Part shown: piece after piece, positions 1 to 14,300 of the stretch | Layout of the letters: every line of letters starts with the position of its first letter | Position numbering within the stretch: the stretch's first letter is position 1 | Source of the DNA: Epiperipatus broadwayi | Lineage: Eukaryota > Animalia > Onychophora | NCBI GenBank assembly: GCA_028023455.1 | Contig: JAQFVV010000004.1 | Span: 15,252,001-15,316,000 of the forward strand | Length of the DNA: 64,000 nt | Direction: 5' to 3' | Made by a program: the position numbers and the translations under genes | Notes under the pieces: model-generated | What the model was told of the DNA's origin: nothing | Databases searched by the model: none | Seen by the model: only the letters and a program-made list of their open reading frames with translations

Positions 1-365
1 GGTCAAGAGGTCAGCGCGACGCCTTGCACTTGCAGGCAGTTGCCCGGGTTGCAGCTTCGCGTCCCGGCCAATGCTATGACACTTAAAAAAAAAAAAAAGT
101 ACCAAAATAACAAAGTAATCCACCTCTTAATTATTTTGCCATTCTTTGAAAATATCAGAGATTTTTGGAATCTGTACTTGTTATAAAACAATTGGAAATT
201 GCAGGAATATTATCATTTTATAAAAGAATTTGAGGCTCAAATATTAAAAAATCAAAATGGACTCAAATGTTTGTATGAAACAACACTATTCCTGCAATTT
301 CCAATTGTTTTATAACAAGTGTAGATTTGTAAGATCTCTGAAAACTTCCAAGAATGGCAAATTAA

Positions 366-1055
366 ACCAGAAAGCATCACATGATCACATCTCCAATACT
401 AGCACATAATTATTTATAAACAAAGCAAAGCAAAACTCCATATAGTAGTGCCACCTGTGCTAAACAGAGTAACTAGTCTGGGGATATTGGATGAGTAGGC
501 ATTAGATAGGGATTTTATGCACAGGCCTTCTGGCATCCATTGATTACTCTGTTTAGCACAGGTGGCACTACTATATGGATTTTTGCTTTGCTTTGTTTAT
601 AAACAATTATGTGCTAGTATTGGAGATGTGATCATGAGATGTTTGCTGGTTTAACACCAATCCTGCCTAATAGAGTAGTGGTGGCTATGGTTGTTAAAGA
701 GCCAAAACACCAAAATGTATGGGTGCTGAACTGAGTTCAGACCCATATGACTATATAAGCTATTGAGCTTAGATTGAAAATATTTTTTGTGTTTTCAATT
801 TCATGCTCATAGTTTTGTAGTTAAGTAGAGATAAAAGGTGGTTGCTAGAGGGTTGCATTAGATCCTAAGATCTAGATGCAGTGCTCTCAGATCCAAAGCT
901 CCTCACTGATGAAGGCTACAAGCCAGAAACTAGTCTGGGGATATTGGATGAGTAGGCATTAGATAGGGATTTTATGCACAGGCCTTCTGGCATCCATTGA
1001 TTACTCTGTTTAGCACAGGTGGCACTACTATATGAAGTTTTGCTTTGCTTTGTTT
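366..1055 (+). mobile_element. Family A HHR (retrozyme-like) insertion: inverted ~105 bp arm plus ~1.3 tandem units
   Basis: 13-bp TSD aatggcaaattaa at 353-365 and 1056-1068. 366-471 is the reverse complement of ~543-650. The aactagtc|tggggatattgg motif recurs, with GTC ending at 478 and 935 (457-nt period). Confidence 0.85.
891..949 (+). ncRNA. Type I hammerhead ribozyme (family A), intact core
   Basis: ATCCAA-agc-TCCTCA-CTGATGA-A-GGC-tacaa-GCC-A-GAAA-CTAG-TC|TGGGGA-ta-TTGGAT. Stem I is TCCTCA/TGGGGA plus ATCCAA/TTGGAT. Predicted cleavage after 935. Confidence 0.75.
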
Positions 1056-4000
1056 AATGGCAAATTAACTGATAGGCAGAATATTTTTTTACTTTTTAGT
1101 CAGTTATTTATATAAAAGCATTACTTTAAAAAAATTTTTTTTTACATATTACTTTTGAAGTTATTTTATGAAGTTAACCAGATCCTTGGAGAAATTTTAC
1201 CAAATTTAAAATTTTTAAGTTATCCATTGTTTACCAATTTATTGGACTGTTGACTAATTATTGATTTTACTTTGTTTGTTGTGGTTTGTAATGTTTGTCA
1301 TGAAAGTTAAATAAGGGCAGATACAAGTTGAAAAGTAAGTCTAAACTTGAGACAACAGTAAAGTAAAAATGTGAAACATAGCAAGAAAATTTTGAGTTTA
1401 TGGCACAAAGTCCCAGAATGTTCTAAAATAAATTTTCTTTTTCATGGCATAGGTTATTTCACTTTTTAATTATAGCAATATGTATTTGAATATAGAACAA
1501 AATGTAGGGGAATGACAGAGATTCACATTTGAATTTTTGTAACTACATGTATACATCTCACATAATTTAGTTAGTTAAATCCTGATATATACTTCTCACT
1601 TATAGAAAAATCAATTCTTTTTATAAATTGTGGTTGGGTCTCACCTGCTCTTTGAATAGCACATGACATAATCAGGATGTCTTGTTATTCCAGCAGAGAT
1701 TATTTAATGACAAATAAAAATCTATACAGAAAAAAGATATATTCACTTTAATGTTTTTATTTGTAATTATTCTCACACAAGTCTTTATCATGAAAGTTAT
1801 AAACAGATGAATGAAATGAAATAGTTTCTCTGCCAAACCTGATTTGAATTAATGGGTCTTAAAGTATTAACTCTTTTAAACAAGCTAATTTGTTCATAAT
1901 ATACTGAAATTTTCAACTTAAATCATGTACAAATACCATTCTTTATAAATATGATTTTAAATTATATATTTCTTAAAAGTTATTAAAAGTAAAAATTTGT
2001 ACACATGTTTTCAGTCTATTATTCATATTGTGTGTATAAATAAGTATATGTTTTATATTCTAGTGTTTTTGTGTGTTTGTTTATTTATGTGTGTTCATTA
2101 GCATTCAATAATATTCAACAAAATTCATTTTTATTTTTTATCTAGTTTCTCTTCTTTTTTACTTTTAGTTATTAGCTTAATATTTTTTTATAACTGAATA
2201 AAGCATCAATAACAACTTTAAAATTTTTAAAACTACTATTTTTTAAGGAAAATGTTTTTTTTTATTACATTCATCAGTTCTTACAACATATAAATATATC
2301 ATGATACCTGCTACATTAATACTAATATAAAAAGAAATACTAAGTCAGAGTTTGAATATCTTTATTAAATTATTAGCACCAAGTGGGGTTGAAACTATAC
2401 TTGGTGTTAATAATTTAATAAACATATTTAAACTCTGTCTTAGTATTTCTTTATACATTGTTATGGTTATTCAAGGTAAATCAAAGAAAATAAGTCTGAC
2501 TTGTTATGTAGTAACTATGTTCAGTCACTCATCAACAAGTGATGACATAAATATTAGTTTTACTTTTCAAAAATACTTAACAAAATATAACAACTAGTTC
2601 AAATTCCACATCAATAATGCCCATTACTACACTATACATGGTATGTAAATATTAACATTTTTAACATATCTTGGTGTTTACAGCATTTATTACAATGGAT
2701 ATGCTACTAAATATGTAACTATTCATCAAAGTTTTATATGTGTGAGTAGCATAATATCAAAACTAATAAATAATATTTTAATTATTATTTCTCAGTGATT
2801 TAATTTCATTTACTATAATACTAATAATAAAGTCTCATATTTTTTTATGTAAACAAGGTTTTCTTAGGATATGGTTGAACACAAATGGGCATTTTGTTAT
2901 TCTATTCAGCTAATATTTCATACCATATAAATAGAGATGTGTAACAAGTGCAGATGAGCTCTCACAAAGTGTTTTACTAAATAATATTAACTTAACTACT
3001 TTTGCATAAGGTATAACAAAAATTAGAAAATTGTAATTAAATTTATGTGATCATGTATGAAATCTAGATGTTGATGATAATAAATAATAATAAAATGGAA
3101 GTCATTACTTATAAATAATGATTAAATAATTTTATTAACAAATATTAATGAATAAATATACTAAAATAAGCATAATATAAACAAAAAAAAATGGAAATGT
3201 TTAATCATGTTCTCAAGAAATTCTATTTAAATATAAGTGCTGTTATAAAAATGACAGCAGGTAGATTAAATGGTATTGGATTCTATGTGTTGATAAAACA
3301 TACACAAAGTTATTTAAGAAATTGCTAATGTATAGAATATGAATATATCCTTAATATTGTAAAATAAAGAGATTCGTTTATATTTTATAGATCATAAATA
3401 TCTCCTCTGTAGGAGAAATTTATCAAAAATGGTATCTATTTAGCCTTTAGCCTTTTTATTTGAGTATAACATTTAATTCTTTATGACAACTACAATGTTA
3501 ACATGGCTCAATGTTTCATATAACATTAAGATCCTAAACAACAAATTCTATATTCAATTTTTATTCATGGACTTAAACTCTTTATCCATTATCTTCTACT
3601 CTTAATATTAGGGGTACATTTTAAATACTTTTTTTGAATAAGCACATTGATAATATGATTCCATTATATGATTAAATAAGATAAATAAATATAAGAACTA
3701 CAAAACAAGAACATCTCGTAAACAATATGAAAATTTAATAATAATACTAATAATTATAATAATAATAACCTATCTCTAATAACAATTACACATGCAAACA
3801 TCTTATATTAATTACATATTTAATCCATATTATCTGATCTTCAGATTATGAGACCATTGAGAAAGCATTAAATACATATAATGAATTTAAAAAGATTTTT
3901 TATCATAAAACATGGCAAAAATAAATTAATAAATTATCCATTAAAAGTTTATGAGTATTATAAAATTCAAGTTATATATATATGCACATTTATGTAGGTT

Positions 4001-6161
4001 CTGGTAAATAAAATTCATTTAATAATTACACACATTATTTTTGTTCTTTCAAAATTATTCCTATATAATGTATGATTCAATTCTCTGCAATGATATTTCC
4101 AAAAGTTATTTTGTAGGTCAAATGTAGATTCATTTATGATATGGTGTTTTATTTTTTTAAGAGCAATAACAAGATTGTTTATCACAATTTTAAGTAACTC
4201 CTGTAATAATTATGTCACAGGTTCCCACAATGATTAGATTTTCTATTGTTTATCATATTAAGAAGTGAGAAATGATATTCCATTTATTGATTTCCAAAAA
4301 GATTACTTTTGTAAAAATAGCACCACAAAACCACTGAATTAATCCAAAATTCATAGATGTGTTTTAAATAAATATCCAAAGGAAACAAAGGCAAAATCCA
4401 TTATATTTGATGTAGCAATGTTAATAATTTAAAAACATATTTGGCTGCATATTAACAATTTCATAGTTAGATGAAAATTTATCTAATTTAAATTGTTATC
4501 GGCTTAATTATGTAAGCATTTAACTGTTATGATATTATTTAATCATATTTGATTATGATGATCACAGTGCCTTTGCCTCTAAAGGTGAATGCTTGATGGT
4601 TCCTCTAGCTGAATATGGTAAGCAACAAAGTGACCACAAATGGTAAATTTAAAAATTTATAACATAATGTGTATATGGCAAATATCAACAGAATAGAATC
4701 TCAAATTTTTTGAGCACTTTTTTATATACAATTTTTGACACATGAGCAATAAATGATGTAGATTCAAACACTTATTTCTTATGCAATTTATATGTGAAAT
4801 CTATATGCGTTGGTGTAGCAATCAATTCCATCCAAATGATGAAGTTCTCTCTCTTGCTTTAATAAGCATCAAAATCAGCTATCTTATTCCCCATTTTACA
4901 CATGCAAAACAGTATAAATAAACTTCTTCTGAAGCCAAAGTTGCAATTATTTACCTTTATTTTAATACTAAATAATATATTTACACTTTTCAAATCAAAA
5001 TTAAAAAAATTTAATCTGTAAATTTCTGTTCTCTAATTTTGTAAAATTTCCTGTTATATTCCTATTATTTTAAATATAAACTGTCACACACATTTAAATA
5101 TTATATGTAGGTTATGTTTGTTAATAAGTGATTTTAAATCAGATATATCACTACAATTGTTATTATGTTATGATCAATTTATTCAAATTAATAATGAATA
5201 TTTAACAATAAAATGTTTTTCTGTGTAATTTTGGATTAGAAACTTAAATTTTTTGATGAATATTTTATGTAAATTTTGAATTTAGTCTTGATTTTAAAAT
5301 TTCTATACACATTTTTAAAATTGTTTTAAAATATGTTTCCTATATTACATTTCCTTAGCAATGTTGTACACATATATACAATATTATTTTAAATTATGCT
5401 TATTACTAAAAAAAAAAATTTTTAACTTGTCATAAATAATATTATATCTTTAGGATTACTATTACAATATATATATATTCAATATGTCTGGGGGACAGTG
5501 ATTTACTCACTTTGTTTATATATATATATAACAATTTTAAATAATGTTAATTTAATTTAAACCATCTGTAAAAATTTCTACAATTGTTCAAGTAGCAATT
5601 TTGATGAAAAATATCAATCAATCTTTACTGAACATATGTCTCTGTCATAACTGACATCGTCAGTAGCCTACAAATCTGTTGAGATCCAAACAGGCATAGC
5701 AGTGCAATTTCTATTTAAAAACAGTCCTAACATTCAATTTGATATTCAGTTATGAATGCAGTTTTTAGTGCTAATTTAATTAAATATTTATTTATATCAG
5801 CTTATTTTATCATTTGGAAAGATTATTTTAAAAAAATTAAATATAAATTTATGTGTTGTGTGGATAAATAAATAAAGAATAAGACAGACATTTTAGTTTG
5901 TAACTCTTGAAAGGCCTCCTCACTATCTCACTATTAATGAATGATGAATTAGAAGATATTGCTTACAATACTAGTTTAAGTGCTGATTTGTGAGAGTTTT
6001 ACATATTGCTTCTTAGTTTTAACTTTATACATATAGCTAAAAATCTATTCATTGGCAAAAGATGTCTAAATAGATAAATAAAATGCATAACCATTTAAAT
6101 ACTCATAGATGTATATATCCAAATGATATGCTTATATAAATTCTGATATTTGTTTTTGTAG

Positions 6162-6334
6162 GTTGTACTTCCAGACATGGAGTTTTTCACCAATCTTGGT
6201 GATTGGCCTTTAGAAACTAAAAAAAGGGATGAAAATCCTGTTCCCATATTTTCTTGGTGTGGTTCTGGTGATACTCTTGATATTGTGCTTCCAACATATG
6301 ATATAACAGAATCTACTTTAGAAACCATGGGGCG
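6162..6334 (+). CDS. POGLUT2: Internal coding exon of a KDEL-motif-containing protein / protein O-glucosyltransferase 2/3 (KDELC/POGLUT2-like, glycosyltransferase family 90)
   Basis: Acceptor tttttgtag| and donor |gtaag flank 173 nt translating as [57 protein letters not shown](R). This matches the KDELC motif as I recall it (V.x[12 protein letters not shown]...[24 protein letters not shown]). POGLUT2 vs POGLUT3 cannot be resolved. No other exons were recognised in the window. Confidence 0.93.
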
Positions 6335-7622
6335 GTAAGATTATATACTAAATTCATTTTACTATTAGCATATTTTTCACTTTAGATTTTGTATTTAAAC
6401 AATTTATTTTTATTTTATTCTATAAATTTAATTTAGAAAATATAATATTTCAGTTGAAGTATTAAATTATTTTTTAACGAATATATATATTTAAAAGTTG
6501 AGAATATTTTTATCCGTCTATAAGATACTAATAGATTTTCAGAATTAATCATAATACAGTGAAGTATTTATTTGTGAATAATTTTTAGTAAACTCGTACT
6601 ATTTAAATATAATAAAATTTTTAAAAAATTATAATTGTAATGTGATATAATTTTTATTTCCCTCTAGTTCTTTGTTTTTGAATATTTAAGAATCAATAAA
6701 AATTGGATACTATATATCCATGGATACCCACCTTCATTGTAATTAATTACTTCTCAAAGAATACTGCAGTTATTTAAATTAAGAATAAAGAAGGTTATAC
6801 ATTCTTGACAATAATGTTAATAAGATTCAATTGAGACATTTCACAATATGATCGTGCTGCCTACCTACTTTTTGTATTGATATTTAGAAATTGATATTTT
6901 ATATAATACTTTTTTGCACATTTTTTATTTACAAATATATAAGTCAAATTATACCATTTCAGAATTATCAATATTATAAGCAATTACAAAATTTATAACC
7001 AATAATTTTAGTTGAGAAGTTTTTTATAGCAGTGAAATTATTGTTTATGCATTGATTTACTTTTCACTCATATTGGTAATTTATTTACCTGTAATTTGTT
7101 TTATAATATTGATTAGAAACATAATGTTATGATTATGGTGTACTATAATCAAATGCATTTAATTTGAAATGGCTACAATGAAAAATACCTTCAACAAGGA
7201 ATATCTATTATCTTAGTTAAGACACACTAATGCTGCTATATTTTTATAAACAAAAGATATGTATTAAATATTTAAAAATATGTAAGATTTTTTCTTCCCT
7301 TTAATTATGGCTTATTGGCATTCTAAAGATTGTAAGTGGTAAAAAAGCAGAGAAAAAATTGTCTCAATTTATTTATGCTTCAATCAATTACTTAGTAATT
7401 CAAAAAATGATATTCACAGCATTTAACTGAATTAGCCAAACAGATATTTTTTGTTCTGTGGCGATTATAATATAATTCATTGTTAAAACAAATGCTAATA
7501 ATATATTATTAAATATTTGTAGTGAAATAAAGTCTAAGAGAAGGTTTTGTGGGTTTCTTTTTTTTTAAAAAAAAAAAAAATGCTTTGCATGATATTACAT
7601 GTTTTTTCTTAAAATTACTATT

Positions 7623-8123
7623 GTAATAAATTTAATCAGCCATTTAAGCTATTGTGCGCTTTTTCACGAGTGTTAAATAATAATAAATGAGTACTTCTGC
7701 TTACAACACAAAATATAGTATTTAGAAAAGAATAAAATGAATCCACTTATTCAATCCAACCCAAATGCTTATATATGGGCAAATCTTAAGTACTGTAAGT
7801 GAAAGTGTGAGGATAGACTACTCACTTTAAACCACTGTTTACGATATCTGAATGAATGAAGCCAACGAAATTATCTAGAATTTACTAGACGTCACTCACA
7901 AATGAAACTTTAAACATATGTAAATAAACATTTATTTTTAGCGCTGTTTCTAATTGTAATAAATTTAATCAGCCATTTAAGTATTTAGGAAAGAATAAAA
8001 TGAATCTTGTGTTGTAAGCGGAAGTACTCATTTATTATTATTTAACACTCGTGAAAAAGCGCACAATAGCTTAAATGGCTGATTAAATTTATTACAATTA
8101 GAAACTGCATTAAAAATAAATGT
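7623..8123. mobile_element. Family B non-coding repeat: ~330-nt unit, restart of the unit, then an inverted arm
   Basis: 14-bp TSD ttaaaattactatt at 7609-7622 and 8124-8137. ttgtaataaatttaatcagccatttaag occurs at 7621 and ~7954, with an inverted copy at ~8010-8100. A diverged homolog lies at ~42205-42560. Confidence 0.75.
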
Positions 8124-8519
8124 TTAAAATTACTATTAAAAATTATTAGAAGAATTACAAATGATTATATTTTGGATTGTTTCATACTTATATAGTAGTT
8201 TATATAGTAAACCTAATAATAATATTAGGTGTCAGTAATATAAAATTCAGTCTGAAAATGAAATATAAATTACCCATACTTTGTTTTGTGCTCTCTGTTA
8301 TGTGCTATCTTTTCCCAAGCAAGCAAATCTTATTTTAAATGCTTTTATATTAAAATAATTAAATGTATATCTGATAAAAACATTATACTCATACTTAATT
8401 ATTGTGTTACTTTGAATTTAAGACACTAGAATTTTAAGCTCAGAAAATCAGAAAAAATAATTTTTAATCATTTTATTGAAAAATAAGAAAAATTTTATTT
8501 AAATAGTTACTAATAGAAA

Positions 8520-8740
8520 TACAATAAGCTCACCTAATTTATTGCAAATTTCTTCAAACATACTTTCACTTTCTACATCTTCACTTTCAGAACTTGAGTT
8601 CTCATCTGGACTATTCCACCAGGATACATCATCTTCAGTACCATTTAAATCATTAGCAATGCAACATTTTAAGAAAGATATTTTTTGATAATTTTTTTAG
8701 GGATATTTTTTCAAAACTGCAAAACCCACTCAAAATTAAA
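8520..8740 (-). mobile_element. pogo/Tigger transposase C-terminal remnant
   Basis: Minus strand reads ..SFLKCCIANDLNGTEDDVSW..ENSSSESED, a typical pogo C-terminus. Nucleotide similarity to 27170-27320. Confidence 0.6.
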
Positions 8741-10432
8741 ATTGTCACTAATTCTATATAGCAGTTATTAACGATCATAATACTATGGGAAATACAATGT
8801 TTGTAGAACTAGAATGTTAAAATATTTGTATTTGAGCTACTGTGATGAATGTCAATGGCACAAACAAATACATTTAATTAATAGTATCTGGTAATGTTTG
8901 TATTTTTATTATACATATATTATTTTCATTACAAAGTCTTTTTAGTGTAAATATAACATTTTTTGTTTTTCTTTCAAAGGAAAAAAAAGATTTTAAAATA
9001 CAGTTGGCGACATTTAATTTTACCAGTTAAATCTTTTTCTTTTGATTAAAAAGCTTTTCTAAAATGTAAATTAATATTTTTTCAAATTATTAAAGTAAAC
9101 TATTTCTTATTTATAATTGATGAAAATAATCTATAGCAGCAAACATAAAACATACATTTGTCATCCAATTATAAATTACAATCAAACATTATAATTTCTT
9201 TGTCAATTTGCTTTCATGTGAAAATAAATTTTTCTATTTAAATCTGAAGTATTCTTCTAAAATTATTATTTTCACAAATATTTTCTAAAAAAAAATTTTA
9301 AATGTTTTTTAAAAAAAGATTCTAAAACATACATTTTCACTTTGAAAATCAAAATGAAGATAACAGAACTGTCAAAATCATTGATATGCACTCTCTTGTT
9401 TAGATAACAAGAAACCAGATTCTTACCCATTGTTATAATTTTAAATCTTATTAATTTATTAGTTGTAAAATATCTGTATCCTTCCTTGGAATAGAGTACA
9501 TGCCCACTTTTTAATCAATTGTCTTTTTACTTTTTCTTCTAACTTCACAAAGTTTAATAATTTCCCATTTAATATGAGACAGTTCTTCCATTTCTTGCAA
9601 TCTTTCTTCACATGAAAGTGATCTGCAGTTGTAAATATCTAATTAAAAATTTGTTATCAAATAATTAAAGAATAATTAATTTTTTTTTTAATTATTCAGA
9701 ATACATTTACATAAATTAAAGATAATAAATGGATTAATTATAATGATTTGGTAACATCAGCAAAATACTATTAAAAGATACTAAAATATATGTTTTCATT
9801 TTCAAAATCAAAATGAAGATGTGGGAACTGTCAAAATCTTGAACAAGCATAGAGTAAGAAACAACAAATCAGTGTCTTGGAAGACAGGTTCTTATTTCAT
9901 TGTTATAACTTTAAATTTAAGTCTTATTGATTTATTGTAAAAAAATTCTAAAGGTTATGCAGTGTGATTTTCTTGATAAACTAATGGTAAAATGAGAAAA
10001 ATAACATTAAAAGTAGTGTTTGAGATAGAGTTAAAGCTGCTTATGAAATTAATCCAAAAAAATATTGACATTTAATGTTAAATCTTTTTTATTTTGATAA
10101 AAAAGATTTAACACACTATTCTACACAAAGATATCAATTGTAATACTATGTACATGTATAGCATAAATCAACAATTTGCAGAAATTAGATGTTAAAAATA
10201 TTAGGTTTGAGTTTAAGATCATCCCTTTTTTACAGGTCCAAAATTTGAAAAGAAAGTGTTTTATATTTGAAGTAATATGGTAATCATATTTTTATATAGC
10301 AGACAATCACATGATATTTAAATTTAGAATTAGTTTGTTTGAGGGTGTATTTTTTTTATTTTTGGGTCTTATTATTAAATTATAATTTTTGTCAGGTTTT
10401 TTTTTTGTAGTTTTAAACATTTTTTAAATAAG

Positions 10433-10780
10433 GCTTTTACATAAATAAATGACTAAAAAGTAGAAAAATAAAGTAATCTGCTTTTCCGTTAGTTTGCCAT
10501 TCTTGGAAAATATCAGAGATCTTAAGAATCTAGACTTGCTATAAAAAAAATGGAAATTGCAGGAATATTATCATTTCATAAAAGCATTTGAGGCTCAAAT
10601 AAATCATAAAAATAAAAAAGGCCTCAAATGCTTTTATGAAATGACAATATTCTTGAAAATTCCAACTATTATATAAGTCTAAATTCTTAAGGTCTCTGAT
10701 ATTTTCCAAGAATGACAAATTAACAGAGAAGCAGATTACTTTGCTATTTTTCTATTGTTTAGTTACCTATTTACATAAAA
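10433..10780. mobile_element. Palindromic MITE-like element (same family as 80-1120)
   Basis: Long imperfect inverted arms, e.g. aaagtaatctgc...tttgccattcttggaaaatatcagaga vs tctctgatattttccaagaatgacaaa...gcagattacttt. Confidence 0.75.
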
Positions 10781-10904
10781 TCATTATAATTGATATGAGT
10801 TCTAGGAACAATGAGTAGTAAGAAAAGCTTAAAGTAAAAGTTTTATTATATTATGCTGAGCAGCTTTTGATATCTTAATCCTGACTGTGATTATGATATT
10901 AGGA

Positions 10905-11330
10905 TTAAGGTATTAAGCCAATAAATGTCACATGATCACCATTTTTACGCTTGCTTATAACTGTTATTAAAACAGGCAAAACTCACTATACATATTGCCA
11001 CACACTGCAACCTCTATAGAGTAATCAATGGATGTCAGAAGGCTTGTGAATAAAATCCCCATCTAGTGCCTACTCATCCAATATTCCCAGACTAGTTTCT
11101 GGCTTGTGCCTTCATTAATGAGGAGCCTTGGATCTGAGAGCACCTTAGGATCTAGGTGCAGTGCTCTCAGATTCAAGGCTCCTCACTGATGAAGCCACAA
11201 GCCAGAAACTAGTCTGGAGATATTGGATGAGTAGGCACTAAATGGGGATTTCATGCACAAGCCTTCTGGAATCCATTGATTACTCTAGCTTGCAGTGTGT
11301 GGCAATATGTATAGTGAGTTTTGCCTGTTA
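10905..11330. mobile_element. Family A head-to-head palindromic pair
   Basis: The minus arm has a mutated core (TTAATGA, 11112-11118). The plus arm has CTGATGA at 11186-11192, a 1-nt deletion in stem II and GTC ending at 11214. The centre is near 11150, at the unit's internal hairpin. No clear TSD. Confidence 0.85.
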
Positions 11331-14300
11331 TAATATAATTAAATTTCATTTTAAGCTTTTATTACTCAGAGTACTAGCACTTATATCAATTGCAATTGTA
11401 TAGGAAAATTTAACCAATATATATAGAATTATAAAAACATTTTTTTTTTTAAAAAAAAAAAATTACATATTTTTTTTATTTTTTTAAATAACTATATGGT
11501 AAATCTACTTATCTTAGGAGCTTCCATAAAAATATAGTTATTTAACAGTGTCACTCATAAATATTCATTAATATCATTTGTTTTATAATAAATTATATTT
11601 AGGATTGGATAAAAAAAATGTTATATATTTTTGAAATAATCAGTAGAACATATTACTTTCAGTTAAGCAAGAAATGAAACTAATTTTGTTAATGCCCTTG
11701 TGTATTACAATAGAATTGAATAAATTGATAAAAAGAATATGTATATATCTGTTTATATATACTGTTGAATGTCTGTACATATATTTTTTATATGCAACTA
11801 AATATTAGTTTAGCTTTTAGTAAAATTAACCACTTTATAAAACAAACCGTATTTAGTCAAGTTCTATAGAAGTTATATTTATTTTAAAAATAATTTAGTA
11901 CAAATTATTAACTTTTAACTATGTAATTCATTGCTGTATTTTAATCACCTTCTGATTTCTTGTTTTTGGCTTTACAAATCTCTATTGGTAATTAAAACTT
12001 CTAGTGTTCAAACAAATTGACCACTGGTTTTCAAAAATGATAGTGGTTACCATAAAAGAGTTGAACATCTAGCTGAAGGGACATTAGCATTGAGAGTGCC
12101 CAAAGGTCATAAGAAATGCAGCATCTATCTGCCATAAAGAATGTTTCTAAAGTGTTAATTTTAACTATTGTGGATAAGCTATCGGAAATATTTTTATTTT
12201 AAATTGCAAATTAAATCAGAGAATTTTTAAATGATAATTTAGTTAAATAATCAGAAATTGATAAAAGGAATTAAATTTATGTATAAGTTTATTTTGTATT
12301 AAATTACATTTTTTATCTAGAGTTTTTTTTATTTTATTAATAGCTGTTAGTTTGTTTAATATAAATATTCAGGGTCATCTTCATCTTCCGAGGGATAGCT
12401 TATATATATTGACTACAACTATGCATATTATGTTTCAAAGCAAACTTTATTAGGTAAAAATTGGTTACATCACATCAGGTTATACATTGTATCAAACATA
12501 ATATTTTAGGATTCATCATTAAATACAGAAAGAATACCCTTTTTTTTTTTTTTTTTTAAACCATTAGAATCTTTAGTAATTGATATAATTTTCATATTTC
12601 AGTTCTTATTGTTGGTCCATTCTGGCTTTCCATTTTATCTAGGTTATGTTTTGTGAATCCATTATAATGCTGATCTTATTTTAAAGAGAGACCAAGTGAC
12701 GGCAAAATATGCACATTATGTGTTTAATATTTAGCAGTATTTAAGATCTTTATAAATTTTTACTATATGTATTGCTGAATTTATATATTAAAATATATAT
12801 ATATAATTTCTCATTTTTTAGAGACAGAAAGAAAAAAAATTAATATTTATGATACTATTATGAAAGAAAAATGAAATTATTTGATTAAAAATTAATAATA
12901 TAAATATATACATGTGAGTCTATATATGTATATGTGGAACATTGATAATCCAGAAATCTTGTTTTTAGCCCTGCAAGATTAATGATTTTGAAACTAAAAT
13001 ATCTTCCTCCAACCTCATTATAGTCATAAATTATAGTTTTGTAGACTAATTGTAAAACAAATATTAGATGTAGATATTAGATAACAATCACAATCATTTG
13101 ACATTTACATCATCTTTATAGTCAAAAAAATTATATGTTTTTTTTTTTTTATTGCACATTCTTTCTGTAACATTCATGTCAGTTTTTCAATAATATATAA
13201 CAATTAGTTTTTTCATATGCTTTCTTGCTATAATATTTGTATTATCTTTTTAATAATATTTATATAAATATTACTGAGTAATACTGTCAGTGTAAACATA
13301 TTTTTAAAAATTAATTATTAACCTGCAATAGCTACAACATGGTTTAGTCACATATTGCTGTAAGCAGTATCTCTTACTACTCTTAAGAAGAATATAGAAA
13401 CATTTCTTGAATAAATCTTTTTTATTTTTTAAAAATATTTTTCCTCACGTCAAAATATTTCTAATTTGGTGATCATGTAAGATGGAAATGCTTTATATAA
13501 TGTTAACAGATTAAAATAGGTTTTGGATTATTGTTATTCAGTGTATATAAAATTAATAGTATTAATAAATAAACTAATTTTTTATTTGCAATGATTTAAT
13601 ATCTTTTTCTGATGTTTTGACTGACATGTAGTCTTCTGCAGGTAAAATTGATACTGCATGATATCAGGCGTTTTCAGTTTCTCCATACATGGATCATTAT
13701 TATTTATAATTATTTTTTAATATTTGCATTGTTTATTCAATTTATAATATTTAATTTATTCACAACCAATAGTGAAAGTATAGTTTAAAGAAAATCATAA
13801 GTTTATTCGTCTTCATTTGTCGTAATTTTTTAATTTCATTTTCCAACAGTCATTTATGATATTTTCAACATTTCAGTTTACAAATTTTGTTTCTTTTAAT
13901 ACTACTTTAAATGTATTTCAATCAAGTGTTAGCTTTTAAATCTGATTATGAACCAATTCCTCCCAAAGTCACTGAATTTTTAATTTGAATAAATAGTTTT
14001 GCAATCATCTTAATAAAAATAAATGATTTGTTTCTTAAAATATCATACAACATTTGAACAGAGACAGAATCAAGTGCAATTTCTGAATCCTTTATCTCTT
14101 ATGTCTAGACACTCTACTATTGGTCTAAACCGCTTTTGTTTTCAAAACTATGATGAGTCATTTAATACAATAAATGCTCATGGTCAATGTGCATTACTGC
14201 ATTTATTATATAAATATGTAAATGAGATAGTAATTTGGCAAAGAATAAATAAATAAAAGTAAGTAGGAAAACAAATACAATTAGATCATACACATAACAT

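Larger units (their letters stand above)
80..1120. mobile_element. Palindromic MITE-like element (~340 bp), interrupted by the family A insertion at 366-1055
   Basis: Inverted arms ttttgccattctttgaaaatatcagag...ggaaattgcaggaata and tattcctgcaatttcc...ctctgaaaacttccaagaatggcaaa. The right arm resumes after 1055. An uninterrupted homolog lies at ~10433-10780. Confidence 0.7.

Noticed and set aside
6095-6328. Minus-strand 77-aa ORF
   Set aside because: It is the antisense shadow of the POGLUT2-like exon.
7845-7880. CTGAATGA...GAAATTATC as a confirmed hammerhead
   Set aside because: It has an extra core nucleotide and no consistent stems I/II in either copy. It is kept only as a hint under family B.
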